Both the position numbers and the translations under genes were made by a program. A stretch of DNA of 64,000 nt from the human T2T-CHM13v2.0 reference genome, Homo sapiens: the NCBI RefSeq assembly GCF_009914755.1, contig NC_060929.1. One strand, written 5' to 3'. The notes below the pieces were generated by a model. The model was not told the DNA's origin. It made no database searches and saw only the letters and a list, made by a program, of their open reading frames with translations. This document shows, piece after piece, positions 27,572-41,470 of the stretch (position 1 is its first letter; each line of letters begins with the position of its first letter).

Positions 27572-27893
27572 TTTTTAAAATATTTACTTTTAATTAATTA
27601 ATTAATATTTTGAGACTGGGTCTCCCTGTTACTCAACCTGGAGTGCATTGGTGGGATCACAGCTCACTGCTACCTTGACCACCAGGGGTCACACCATCCA
27701 CCCACCTCAGCCTCTCAAGTAGCTGGAACCACAGCTATGTGCACCATGCCTGGCTAATTTTTTAATTTTTAATTTTTTTGTAGAGAGTGGTCTCACTATG
27801 TTGTCCAGGCTGATCTCAAACTCCTGAGCTCAAGTGATTCTTTAACCTCAGCCACCTAAAATGCTGGAATTACAGGCGCGAGACACTCAGACC
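27572..27893 (-). mobile_element. AluJ (Jo/Jr-like)
   Basis: J-type features 'gatcacagctcactgc', 'tctcactatgttg', 'gagctcaagtgat'; highly diverged. Confidence 0.9.
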
Positions 27894-28303
27894 ACCTGTT
27901 CTGTTCCTTTTTGTTACCGAATTAAAAGAAAGACAAACTTATTAGGGTGCTCACCCAATGCATATTAAAAATTTCCAAATGGTTGTAATGTAAAAGATAC
28001 TTTTCCTTCAAGATAGTCAACTTCAAAAAAAAGAAGTAACTTTTATTATGAGTTTATGCTTATGAGAGCACGTTCGGAGAGCCACAGAACTACGGTAATG
28101 TCAGTGATTTAAGAGGAACCGTAGAAGAGGTATTGTGTTTTAACTAAATATTCTTTAGATCAGTTATGCTCATAACCCGTCAGATCCCTCACCAAAAATT
28201 TTTATGGGTATTATGCTATAGGGACATTTGTTATACATTACTTCTTCTGACTAGCACTCCCCTAAATAACTGGAGAAATACTGCTCTGAACTAGAGTGTA
28301 AAT

Positions 28304-28386
28304 TTTAAATGAGAAAAAATGCTCATTGAAAAGAAACATTTACAACGTTTAAATGAGAATATATGTTCGTTGAAAAGAAACATTTA
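28304..28386. repeat. 44-bp-period tandem duplication
   Basis: tttaaatgagaaaaaatgctcattgaaaagaaacattta vs tttaaatgagaatatatgttcgttgaaaagaaacattta, 4 mismatches in 39. Confidence 0.85.
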
Positions 28387-30288
28387 ACTTTTATTTATCA
28401 ATATTGTCAATTTCGTATATTAATTATAGTGATCTGTAAAATCAATACTTTTTTAAAAAAATAAAATGGTATTCAGACTAAGGGATTCATGATCTGGGAA
28501 CTACATTAAATATTTAGTGGATGAGTGAGGATTACAGCAAGGATAATTGGAGACATTAGTCATTTCGCTGGCAAGATCTGATTGAAACATGAAAATAAAT
28601 AATATGTTTTCCTTTCTTTTACCTTCAATGTTTAATCACTTTAACAAATTTTGTAATTACCTGAAGCTTAATACTAGAAAACAAAAACAAATATAAGAAC
28701 AAAAATAAAATGTAGGGAGGAAACCTGAAAGCTATTCACACAAAGCTAGACCATTAGTAGGCTGAATAAAAAACTCACAGTAAACTTTTATCAAACATCT
28801 TCTCGTGCATTGACAATAACTGTGGAATCTTTGACAAGGTAGTGCTCTTTTGAAAAAGATGTTCTCATATTTATTTACAGTTGATTGCCATTTTATTGCT
28901 TTAATGTATTTTTGTCTTTCTTCACGGGTGAATGACCTGAGTTACTTGGAGAGCAATAGTGTTCGCATTTGTACTCCTCAGCACTTAAAAACTATAAGCA
29001 TATCTGAGTCCATTAGCAAGCTTCGATTTATGGCTTCTGAGACTATATTATTTTCAACAAATGATGTTGGATAAAAATCTATGAATTTACATAATGGAAT
29101 CTATAAATGTAATGGATTAACTACATTAATGTATTTGTTGTAGTAATTTGATTTTTCCTTTTAGATGAAAAAAATGTTTTAAATTTTCCTTTAAAAGATA
29201 TTATTAATCATATTGACTTTGTGGCTAAACATCCTGTCAGATCAATTTACCATTGAAGATAAATATGTCTTATATTTGAGACTCAAAGGTAAAAAAGCCG
29301 TAAGTATTTCTAAAAGATTGCTTTGAATATAAACAGATATGTAGTGTATAAAATACATCAATGGGAAGTAAAAAAAAGGCATACTACATCATCTGTAACA
29401 ACTGAAACAAAAAGTAATATAATAATAAATCCAAAATGAAAATATAATATGTATACACAGTCTTATAAGAGCATTACTGGCCTTATATTTTTTACATTTG
29501 GGAACAAAAACATAACTTCAAAGGTAAAAGGCAATGTTTTTAATAAATGAGGTTGAAAAATAAAAATTTATTGGCTTTATTGCTGTCTAGTTTTGCAATA
29601 GCCTATCTGTTTCATAATATCATTTCCTTTGAAACTATATTAATTTAATTTTAGTTATCTGAATTCTAGGAAACATATTTTCCCTGATAAATAGTTATAG
29701 ATATCTGAATGTTAGGAAACTATATATATACACACATATATATGACTTTGAGTTTGTAAATGGCTAATTAAACACATAAGATTACTTCTTTATTGGTCAA
29801 CATTGAAAAATTATGAAATAATATAAAAATAAAATTAAAATGCAGCAATGCAGAAAAGAAAAGTGAGGCAGCAACATATCCAAATATTTAGGAGGTTCTG
29901 CATGGCATACAAAGAATAAAAGTTTTACAATAAAATTCAACGGAGCTGAGAAAAACACAAGCACATTCAGATGAAAATGAGAATCTCAAAAATTGCCAGT
30001 TTTTTCCTAGTATGTCTCCAAATATGGAGGTATTGGAAGTTAGGGAGTGTGGACTATACAGGTAATTAATTACAGAACAGAAGAACAGCTTTAGTGGACC
30101 AATGCTCTCAGAAAAAGTGTTTTCTGATTTAAATACATGAAAAGCTCTTTCAGGTAAAATTTATAACAAAATGATGTTGAGACTAAAGAATATAATAGTT
30201 TCCAAGGTAACTTAAACCACCAATGGAGAGAAGAAACTTAAAATTCCAAATGTACACTAAAAATACAGACAAATATAAATAAATAATA

Positions 30289-30510
30289 TGTATTTATTTT
30301 CTATTACTTCAAAATTAATTACCACAAATGTAGTGGCTTCAAATAACATCTGCTTGTTATATCACATTTCTGCAAGGTAGAAGTCAAAATGGCTCTGCTC
30401 AGCCTAGGGTCTCATGAGGTAAAATCAGTATGTCACCAGCCTGGCCGATTCTCAAGTCTCTGGAGGACAGTCCACATCCATTCATTCTGGTTTATGGCAG
30501 AATCCATTTT
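30289..30510 (-). mobile_element. MLT1 (E/F/G-like) LTR fragment
   Basis: 'aattaccacaaatgtagtggcttcaaataaca...tctgctcagcctagggtctca...tggcagaatccattt'. Confidence 0.65.
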
Positions 30511-30536
30511 GCTAATCCAGAAATTAGCAGAATGAA

Positions 30537-30582
30537 ATACATACATACATACATACATACATACATACATACATACATACAT
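30537..30582. repeat. (ATAC)11 tetranucleotide STR
   Basis: Perfect ATAC run. Confidence 0.95.
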
Positions 30583-30599
30583 GTTAATAATCAGACTGT

Positions 30600-31380
30600 T
30601 TATGTAAAAGAGTAAATAAATAAATAGAATCAAAGAGAAATTACAGATAAATAAAACAATCTCATCTGTAAATAGCCAAAACTTTTATAAATTAAATATA
30701 CTTGTGACATACACACACACACACAGAGACTCAATGAAACATAAAAGAAAGCAGCTGAAATCCAAATATGTTGAGATCAGAGAACAAGTCAATAGATTAT
30801 TTTAGAATTAATGATAAACTAAAAATGGAAAGTAAATAGTATTTAAAATAGCTGGAAGTTCCCACTAATCCAACAGAGATTTCAGAATGTGAGAAATATA
30901 ATGTAATTGAAGAAGTGTGAGAATAAATTGAAAAGATACACAGCAAATAGAAAAGTAATAAAATCCCATTGATGAAGGAATACTCAAACCTTTAGGCTGA
31001 AAAACTCACGTGGTGACAATACAATAAAATAACTAATACTATTTATATTTTGAGAAAATATTTTCTCTCAGAATAATACCAATCTTATAAACTTTTGCAA
31101 TCAAGCACACAAAAAGCAGTCAACACTGGTTGTCTAAAAGGTCAATAGAATAAGGTCAGCAAAAGAGTCTCATTTGTAATAAAAGATGATAATAGGAAAA
31201 AAGTCAGCATTTTTAATGTTTTAGAAATATTCTAAATTTAGAAAAAAAACACTTAGAAAAATGTTTTTATTTAGAATTTTTAACAATAAAAGTGTTTTCA
31301 ATTATTGAAAAATTTAGAAAGTTTAGGGCTCAATATATCTCTGGAAAATAAGACATTTGATCATTTATCCCAACAAATAA
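30600..31380 (+). mobile_element. Very old L1/HAL1 ORF1-like remnant
   Basis: A-rich strand with ORF1-like motifs ('aacagagatttcagaa', 'ctttaggctgaaaaactcac'); weak evidence. Confidence 0.35.
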
Positions 31381-31412
31381 TAAACTAAAATATAAAAAGA
31401 AGTAAGGCATTT

Positions 31413-31717
<305 letters not shown>

Positions 31718-31844
31718 CGAAGTAAGGCATTTGACATAGAACAAAATTTGAATAATATAAAACTGTATAGGATATAAACTTTTATATTTATTAATAAGAT
31801 TTCTTAAGGTGGTAGTTGAGACAAGGTTCTTTGAAAATGTAATA

Positions 31845-32130
31845 GTATTATATATACAATTTATATATACGTAGTATATATACAATGTATATATACACAT
31901 TATACATACATACTTATATATATACATTATATATACATACACATGCATCATACATACATACATATATACATTATACATACATATATACATTATATGCACA
32001 TATATGCATAGTATATACATATATACATTATATATGTTATACATTATATATACATGTATATATTATATATGTTATACATTATATATACATATATACATAC
32101 ATCTATACACACACATATATGTATATATAA
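31845..32130. repeat. Compound (TA)/(TACA)/(CATTA) microsatellite, about 285 bp
   Basis: Degenerate TA-rich array abutting an Alu tail. Confidence 0.9.
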
Positions 32131-32418
32131 TTTTTGAGATCGAGTCTCACTCTGTCTCCCCAGGCTGGAGGGCAGTACCATCATTGCAGCTCACTGCAAC
32201 CTCCACCTCCCAGGTTAAAATGATTCTCTTGCCTCAGCCTCCTGAGTAGCTGGGACTACAGGCACACTCCACCACACTCCGCTAATTTTTGTATTTTTAG
32301 TAGAGATGGGTTCTCACCATGTTGGCCAGGCTGGTCTTGAACTCCTGACCTCAGGTGAGCCACCCTTCTCAACCTCCCACAGTACTGGGATTACAGGCAT
32401 GAGCCACCATGCCCGGCC
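32131..32418 (-). mobile_element. AluSx-like
   Basis: Dimeric Alu, 'cctgacctcaggtga', ends 'gcccggcc'. Confidence 0.93.
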
Positions 32419-32609
32419 ATAATAACATATGAAGTGATACTCACATACATTCAAAATTATATCTACTTCAGCAAAACACAGGAAGCAGTGATACAGTCAA
32501 GAGAAAGCCATTAAATTATGCCTAATAATAATTTCTCATGGGTCTGGGTTTTAATTATTGCCTAAGTGTAGACATCAATAGCTTAAAATTTTGCTTACTT
32601 AAAAAATGT

Positions 32610-32895
<286 letters not shown>

Positions 32896-33019
32896 GCTTA
32901 ATATTAAAATAATTAAGGGAATGAATTCAGAGAATCAATTAAGTAATTGAGGGCATAATATTGGCCTCCAACTTGAGCAGAACCTAGCCAGTTCTTTATG
33001 TGGAAGGTGCCTGAAAACC

Positions 33020-33360
33020 ACCCTGTGTGACGCAATAAGAAGAACATTAAGCTATTGATCAAGCAGACTGTGGAAAGGTGAATGCAGAAGTCATTTGTCA
33101 TCCTTGGCATTGTGTTAATGGAAGTTTTGTCTACACGAAGAGGACAGACATTGTTCTACCAGAGTAAGGGAAGAACTGGATATCTGAGAGCTAGTCCCGG
33201 AACGTGTCCTTTGGTTTCTAGGTCTCAAAGAAGAGTAAATGTTATTCATGAATGCCTTAAACCGGAAGTGCGTAAACGGCATGTGTGAGTGTGTGTGTTT
33301 TCCCAGACCACGCAGCATGAAAGCTATTGTTTCTGCTTTTAAAAACGTAGTAGAAATCGG
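33020..33360. promoter_or_regulatory. Candidate cis-regulatory patch (CpG-retaining, ETS motif)
   Basis: 10 CpGs in 33031-33359 of apparently non-repeat sequence; ACCGGAAGTG at 33261-33270; TGACGCAAT at 33028-33036. Function is inferred only. Confidence 0.35.
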
Positions 33361-33819
33361 TATCTATAGAGACCTAACTGCCTGCTATGCTTACAAATAT
33401 TCATATATTTTGAACCCATGATTTCTAAATTGGTATGGTAATTTATAGAATTATAAATGCTAACCAATCTCTTATCATGGTAAAAGGCCACCTTCAGCAA
33501 ATGTATATACTAAAGAGGATAGCTAAAAGTTGGTGGAATAACACAGATAATCGCATTGTGCAAAAGCATTATTCCTTACTACCCTTTAAATTGAGAAGAA
33601 GAAACATACCTGGCTTTTACATTTTCTGGTTAAATAAAATATCATATTTTGGGCTATCTCCAAGATAGCTAACAGATGTGAGGATTATAATAATTGGAGA
33701 GTCATGTAAGATCTGGCTGCCATAAATGTCACTGAACAGCTTTTACAACATTATGATAAAATTATATGGCTATACTGTCTAGAGAGACAGTGGTCACCAA
33801 ATGTGGGTTTTAAAATAGA

Positions 33820-35130
33820 GAGTAGAGTTTGGCAAGTGGTGGAAAGGGAAGCCCCAAATTCTTCTTTCTCCATGGACACACTGACTCAACAACAATACAT
33901 GGACTAATTCACTTTGTGAGAAATCTAGAAACCAATTAGGAGAGGCGTCTCCACCTCAGGGAAAAAAACAGCTGCATTCCAGTTGGTAGGAAAATTTGTC
34001 ACACATACTCATCATCGTTCCTCCTCATGGCTCAGCACAGCAAAACAGGGAGAAAACTCCCAGCTCCTGGCTTCCCCCTTTGAAGGGAATTAGGAGACTG
34101 AAACGTCCATTCAATGTATAGACATTTCAGCGGACCCCCTAAAAGATTGGTTTTTGTCTTGCCTGAATCTAAGCATTAATGAAAAAGGACACGATGTTGC
34201 AGATCACTGAGAACAAAGGGGTGGTTTGGACTAGTCCAGCACTCACTTGCTATATAGTCCATTTCCCAAGCTCAGCTCAGAATGAGCAAGAGAAAACCCC
34301 AACCCTCGGCATCTCCCTGCAGAGGGAAAGAGTTGGAGACTGTGATCAATACTCTGGGTTTCAGAGGGATGCCTGAAGGTCTGGTTTATGTCTCACCTGT
34401 CTTGGAGAACTGATAAGACCTGCATACTTTAGAGTCCTGGAGGCCACTAAAAACAAAAGAGAAAAGCTTGCCCCTGCTCCAGGCAACCAACACATGGTAT
34501 GGTCAGCAGATTATGGTACAGCTCAGTGGCTTATGTCTTAGGAGTCAAAAAGAAGAGTGGAACAGTGGTCCACGTTCTGGCTCTTCAGGAGGCTTCCCAA
34601 GGGACTGATTTCTGCCTCATGTGATGCAGAACCCTGAAGAGATACTGCATAATCTAGAAGTCTGGAAGGACCTGAGGTCATAATAAAACTGGGAAGCTTG
34701 AGGCAGCTCGATAGAACCTGCACTACCCCAAACAGACACCAGAAAGGACAAGAGATTATTAAACCCTTGAAAAAAGAAACTGACAAACCCCTCTAACTGG
34801 GAATTTATATGCACAATTTAGAAAAGACACATCTGCAGAAAATGTTTGAGTATGTACCAAAATCTCCAGCCCAGCTGACTAGTGAAGGTGTTTCCATGGA
34901 TAAAACCCATCCATAAAAACAAGATAAATGGCTACTTTTTCAAATATGAAGTTCCCAACACAAAGTTACAAGGCACACAAAAAGAAGCAAAGAAACATAG
35001 TCCTATCAAATAAACAAAACAAATCTCCAGAAAGTGATCCTAAAGAAACAGAGGTGTATGAATTACCTGATAGTTCATTAAAATAGTCATAATAAAGATC
35101 ATCAACAAGCCAAGGAAAACAATAGATGGA
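33820..35130 (+). mobile_element. Old L1M 5'UTR and start of ORF1
   Basis: 'tgtgagaaatctagaaacca' 5'UTR motif, internal repeats, then 'aaatctccagaaagtgatcctaaagaaacagaggtgtatgaattacctga' typical of the ORF1 N-terminus. Confidence 0.75.
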
Positions 35131-35307
35131 CTGAGATTTCAGGTGCTAATCTTGTGGCTGGAGACAATTAGTGGTGTTCTATGTGGACTAAACCTTACTA
35201 GCTTGAATATAAAAATAATAATAATGGAAGGTAGCATGTTATTTTGTATACATTTTTTGAAAGAAACATTGAAATTTGGACAAATTAAGCAGCCCTTCTT
35301 ATCTTCA

Positions 35308-35729
<422 letters not shown>

Positions 35730-36806
35730 TCATTAAAACTCGAATTAAAAATGTCAAAATTAACTTGTAACTCCTTTAAAATTATATACTTTTTACTTGC
35801 TATCCCAAACTACTATGTGAATTAAGAGGTCAAATATATGTGTGTGGCCTGATTATTATTATTTTTTATCAGCATGATAGGATATATTTTCCACAACAAA
35901 TTTATTACAGCTGGTGTAACAGTGAAAATATAAATGACACTACATTTCTGGAATTACATAAGAAGATAACATTAAGGAATATAATAAAAATCTTTATCAG
36001 TATTAATGGAAATAGCAATATTCAGACGTAATAGCAAGGTCTCTGATCATCCATGAAATAGCAAATTGTTTTTGTGCTTCTAATTAAATTTCATTCACAT
36101 ATTCTTATAAGTAACAGTACTTACTTTCTAACTCACCTTCAAAAGAAAGAAACTCTGAGAATATTTAACATATGGACCTGATCAATTAATCAAAGCATAC
36201 TTTTGTGCCAACTTTCCATAGTTATTCACTACATGGCGCTTCAGTTCCCCCAGTATTGATCATGTTATAAGATTGTTGTAAGAATTTGTGAGTTTTTTGT
36301 AAAGTGTGTAGTGAGCTTCAGAGTTGCTCCAAACTCAAACGTTATTACTATAATGTATTTTATATGTTAAAAATTGTCCTTATACATTATTATCTGTGAT
36401 GTATGGAAAATTTGTAAAAATGCATAAGATTGAGAGTGTTGGTAACCATTAAATATAAAGTGATCAACAAAGTACATAAATACACAATCATGGAAATAAT
36501 AAAAATATATAACAAATATAAAGCATATGCTTATTTTTATATTCCGATAAGATGGAATGTTTATAAATTGAAAACATGTTTTAAAATATGCTGTACATGT
36601 ATGAGGAGTTTAAAATATAGACACAGTTCTTCATCTTTGACAGAGTAAGCCAATAGTAGAGCATTGTTTCTAATGAGAAATGGACAAATATACCATACAT
36701 ACATTTTTTCCAGCAGAAATTGTGCAAAAGGATTAAAAACAGTGATTGTCAACCTTATTCATTACTAAGAATATTTTCATCTTATGAAATAAGTACAAAA
36801 TTAAAG

Positions 36807-36939
36807 TATTTATTTATTATTTTTGTAGAGACAGGGTCTATGTTGCCCAGGATGGTTTTGAACTCCTGGCTTTGAGTGATCTTCTTGCCTTGTCCACCCA
36901 AAGTGCTGGGATTACAGTCATGAGCCACAACGCCTGGCC
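36807..36939 (-). mobile_element. FLAM (free left Alu monomer)
   Basis: Single left arm with T-rich tail, ends 'cgcctggcc'. Confidence 0.85.
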
Positions 36940-37279
36940 TTTATGGTCATGTTTTAAAAGCGTATTTACTACTTTGCAATGTTACCATATACTGTTAAGT
37001 AGAAAAACAGGCTACACAACTAAACTCAAATTTTATGAGGAAATACATTTGCATTCATACCCTTTATATCTCCTGTAGCCAAAGACATTCTTCTTGGTAT
37101 GTCTCTTTCTGAAGCAGAGCCTGCCTAGAATGCATCATATATCACTGTTCTCTATCTATCTGACTCATTTGCTTTGTCTGTGACTTTCGCTGCTCTAGGT
37201 TTGCAGATCCCAATAAAGCGTTGCCAGTTTATATCTCCTATCTCTTTCTCTACCTCTCACTCTCTTTTGTTCTTTCTGT

Positions 37280-37293
37280 TGTGCGCGCGCGCG

Positions 37294-37331
<38 letters not shown>
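37280..37331. repeat. (GC)n(CA)n compound microsatellite
   Basis: 52 nt of uninterrupted alternating purine-pyrimidine. Confidence 0.95.
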
Positions 37332-37335
<4 letters not shown>

Positions 37336-38210
37336 ATGATTGGAAAAAAATTTACTAAAGACATGAGTATTTGACCCTAGGCTTTATTTTCTTATTATTT
37401 AAAAAAATAGTTGTGAACATTTTGAATATACTATTTCTATGTAGAGGACTATATTACATTTTAATGTAATATATTGTAATACTTGTCAAATTTAAAGAAC
37501 TAGAAGGCTTAAAATAGGCTACATATCTAAAATAATCAGAAAAGGGGAGACACACAAAAACACAGAAACTATCAAATGAACTCCAAATCACACTGTTTTT
37601 GACCCTAAAGAAAAGCTCAAGTGGTAATGCTTTCTTGAGAGTTGCAAACCTAGAGCAGTGACTGTCTTAGACAAAGGATATGAGTCAGGGATGGATAGGG
37701 AGCAGTGGTACATGTTGCATTCCAGGTAACCACTGCTTCAGAAAGAGACGTAGCAGTACTCTTCAGCCAAGCTGGTTGTCTTTGGTCAAAAGCAGAGAAA
37801 CAAGGTGTGCCCCTTTTCTTTGGAGAGCAGAATGAAGAAGATACCTTTTAAAGTTTCTTTCTATCTCCTACCTCTATCGGTCAGTATGATCATCAGGGAG
37901 TTGATGTTTCTGCAATTTTGTGTCATATCAGTTTCCCTTTATAGCTGCTGGGAAGTTACACCCTGGTCCTTGCATGTGGTGCATCATCAGATTCTGCAAA
38001 TCATTGGAGTATCCAGACTTGGAGCGATGACCCTACATAAAGGAAGCAGGTAGACCCGAAATTAAAGGTCACCTAATGGGAAAAGAGTCAGAATAAATTA
38101 AGACAAGGTAATTTAAGGCAGTGCTTATATGACTCTAATACATACACAAAAGTCAAATATTTCAGCTAAAACATGAAACTACAAAGAAAGAGAGAGCTTC
38201 TTGGCTATAA

Positions 38211-38523
<313 letters not shown>

Positions 38524-38603
38524 CATAAAGCTGTAATCTTTAACCATAATACAAGAGTAGAGAATGAACATTGAAAAAATGTCTCAAACTGGATTAAAAA
38601 CAC

Positions 38604-39022
38604 TGCATTATATTTTTCTTGCATAGCTATAAAGAAAAACCTGAGACTGGGTAATTTATAAAGCAAAGAGATTGCAGTGGCTCACATTTCTGTAGGCTGT
38701 ATAGGAAGCACGGTGGCATCTGCTTCTGGGGAGGCCTCAGGAAGCTTACAATCATGGTGTAAGGTGAAGGGGAAGCAGACACATCACATGGCAAAATCGA
38801 GAGCAAGAAAGAGAGGGGTGGGGGTGCCACACACTTTTTAATGACCCGATCTCGCAAAAACTCACCCACTATCACAAGGACAGACCCAAGAAGATGGTAC
38901 TAAGCTATTCAAGAGAAATCCACCCCCATGATCCAATCACTTCCCACCAAACCCCACCTCCGACATTGGGGATCACAATTCAAAATGATATTTGGGTGGG
39001 GACACAGATCCACACCATATAA
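38604..39022 (-). mobile_element. MSTA solo LTR
   Basis: 'cctgagactgggtaatttataaag...gaggcctcaggaagcttacaatcatgg...tttgggtggggacacagatccacaccatat'. Confidence 0.9.
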
Positions 39023-39083
39023 AAACCCCTTCTACATAACTTTCCTGTCAAAGGATAACCAGTAAAGAAACATAAATATAGTG

Positions 39084-39247
39084 ATTGGGAAAGTTTGATC
39101 AATAAGACCTATTAGGGTTTATTAATTATGTTTATTAATAAATATTATTAATTTTATTTTAAATTTTATTTAATTAATATTAATAAATAATATTAATTAG
39201 GTTTCTTAATAAACCCTACTAAGTTTTATTGATCAATCTTCCCCAAT
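39084..39247. repeat. 42-bp inverted repeat with 80-nt AT-rich spacer
   Basis: Arms 39084-39125 and 39206-39247 are reverse complements at 37 of 42 positions. Confidence 0.9.
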
Positions 39248-39409
39248 TAATTAATATAACCCTAATATATGTTATATTATGGTTTATTAAGGTTTATTAG
39301 TTAGGTTTATTAATACATCCTAATATAATATATATTAGTTTATTAATATATATAAATAAACCCTAATATAAAAACAGGCTGGCTATTCAGGGATAGCAGT
39401 TCAATAATC

Positions 39410-40600
39410 TTCCTTGGTGTGATTTCTTTCATGTTTCTTGTGCTTGGTGTTCTTTGAGAGTTCCAGAGAATACATTTGAATTTGTAGCTTTGATCAAATT
39501 TGGACAATTTTGGCCATTATTCCTTTAAATAATTTTTCTGCCTCCCCCTCTAATGTCCCCATTTGAGAATCCAATTGTAAATGCACATTAGGCCATTTGA
39601 AGACATGGCCCACTGCTCATGGATTCTCTGTTTATTATTCTCCATTCTTCTTTTGGTGATGAATTTTGGATGGGCTTCTCTTGCCGCATCATTATGATAA
39701 CTCATTTTCTGTGGTTTATTATTTGCTGTTAATCTGAAGCAGTGTATTTCTCACCTCAAATATTGCAGTTTTTATCTCTAGCAATTGTATGTGTTTCATA
39801 TGTATCTTCCAGATCTATACTGATCATGCTCAACTTCCATCCAGTTTGAACAAATCAGACAAGACTAGATATTTTAACATGTTTCACTTTGAGTCTGTGT
39901 CAAATTATTTACATTTTTCCTCATATGGGTTATATTTTTTGGCTTTTTTGCATGCCAGATAAGTTATTATTAGATGGTAAATATTGTAAATTCTTCCTGG
40001 TTAGATGCAGAATATTTCTGTATCCCCGTAAGTACTATGGAGCTTTGTTCTGCCATGTGGTTAAGTTGCTTGGAAACATTCATTTGAGTTGAGGCTTGCT
40101 TTTAAAGTTTTTTAGGTGATTCCACAACAGACTGTCATCTAGGGCTATTCACTTCAGCTGAAGTAAGATCCTTCTGAACGCTCTATCTAATGACCATGAA
40201 TCATGAGCATTTTAAAATCCTTTCTAATCCTGATGAGGGCGGTTCTTTCCATCGCCCAGGGTCGTTTCCTCACATTCCTGGATTGATCTGTACACTGCTG
40301 AATACTTGATGGGAACCCTCTATGAATCTTTGGATATTTCTCTCTGTGTATGTCTCTCTTTTCTGGCACTCTGCCTTGCAACTTTTAAGTATATTGTTTT
40401 CCTATACTCAACCAATATCACCTCACCTCACTCAGCTCCAAACTGAATTCCTATCCAGGCTGTGTGCTCTGGAAATATTCACAGAGCATTAGGCTGGGGC
40501 AATTGTGGGGCTCACCTTGTTGTTTTCCATCTTTTCGAATTCACTGTCCTCCATTGCCTAGTAGACAATATCTTGAAACTATTGCAATTTTTCCTCTATT
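39410..40600 (-). mobile_element. Old L1M (MC/MD/ME-like) 5'UTR-ORF1 fragment
   Basis: 'atcaaatttggacaattttggccattatt', 'ttcactgtcctccattgcct' typical of the reverse-oriented old L1 5' region. Confidence 0.7.
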
Positions 40601-41353
40601 CTCTATTTTATATTATTTATTTTAGTGATCATAGAATTTAGACTGTCATGAAAGCCGAATAATGTGGCATATTTTTTAATCTCTAATAAAAATACTTTGA
40701 CTGAAATGCATTTGTTAGCCCATTGCCCTTCATTAATACAGAAAATCTTGTTTTCCATAAAATAATATTGTCAATGTCATCATTCCTAAAATTTTTCCTA
40801 TTCTCTTTATGTGGACCAATGGGAAGAATTTCACAAAGTATATCAGCATAACAAATAATGAATATTTGGACTCATTTCTGTAATTGGACCGGCGTTGGCA
40901 TACATAATAATTTATGTGATTTTTTAACCTAAAACTACGGGTCTAAATGTGTAATTTGACAGCTCTGAAAGGGTAATTTCGCTAGTAATCTCTTAAATTT
41001 ATCTTATTTCTTTAGTTACTATTGTCCTTTTGTCCAAATAGACCAAAATGGAGTGGTAGATAGGTAGGTATGTTGGTAGCTATCTGCCCTTTCCTGACTT
41101 TTCTAAACTGAATTATTTTGCTTGCCTGCTTCAATATTTCCCACTTGATACTTTTAGACATATTTAGTTCTATATAATTAATCTCTTGTATGCTCACCAA
41201 TGGAATCTGCCAGAATTCTCCTACCCTAACAGATTTTTGGATTTGGCTTCCTTTACATAGCCATATCCTGCTGCTTCTCATCCCTATGTCTGACCGCGGC
41301 AGTGCCCTGAAAAGTTGTGCCAAATGATGAGCTGACGGGAGAATAATTAAAGT

Positions 41354-41470
41354 CATTCAATTATCAAGTGTTTATGGAAGATCAACTATGAGCCAGGAAC
41401 TGTGCTGCATTATGGAGATACGACAGTGAACCTGACAGATACCAAATCTGCCTTCTCAAATATCTAGTGT
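41354..41470 (-). mobile_element. L2 3' end fragment
   Basis: 'cattcaa...actatgagccaggaactgtgct...ggagatacgacagtgaac'. Confidence 0.65.

Noticed and set aside
41280-41340. ATGATGA (C-box) followed by CTGA, and a REST/CTCF-like GC patch
   Set aside because: The boxes are only 1 nt apart, so no snoRNA fits; the motif matches are partial.
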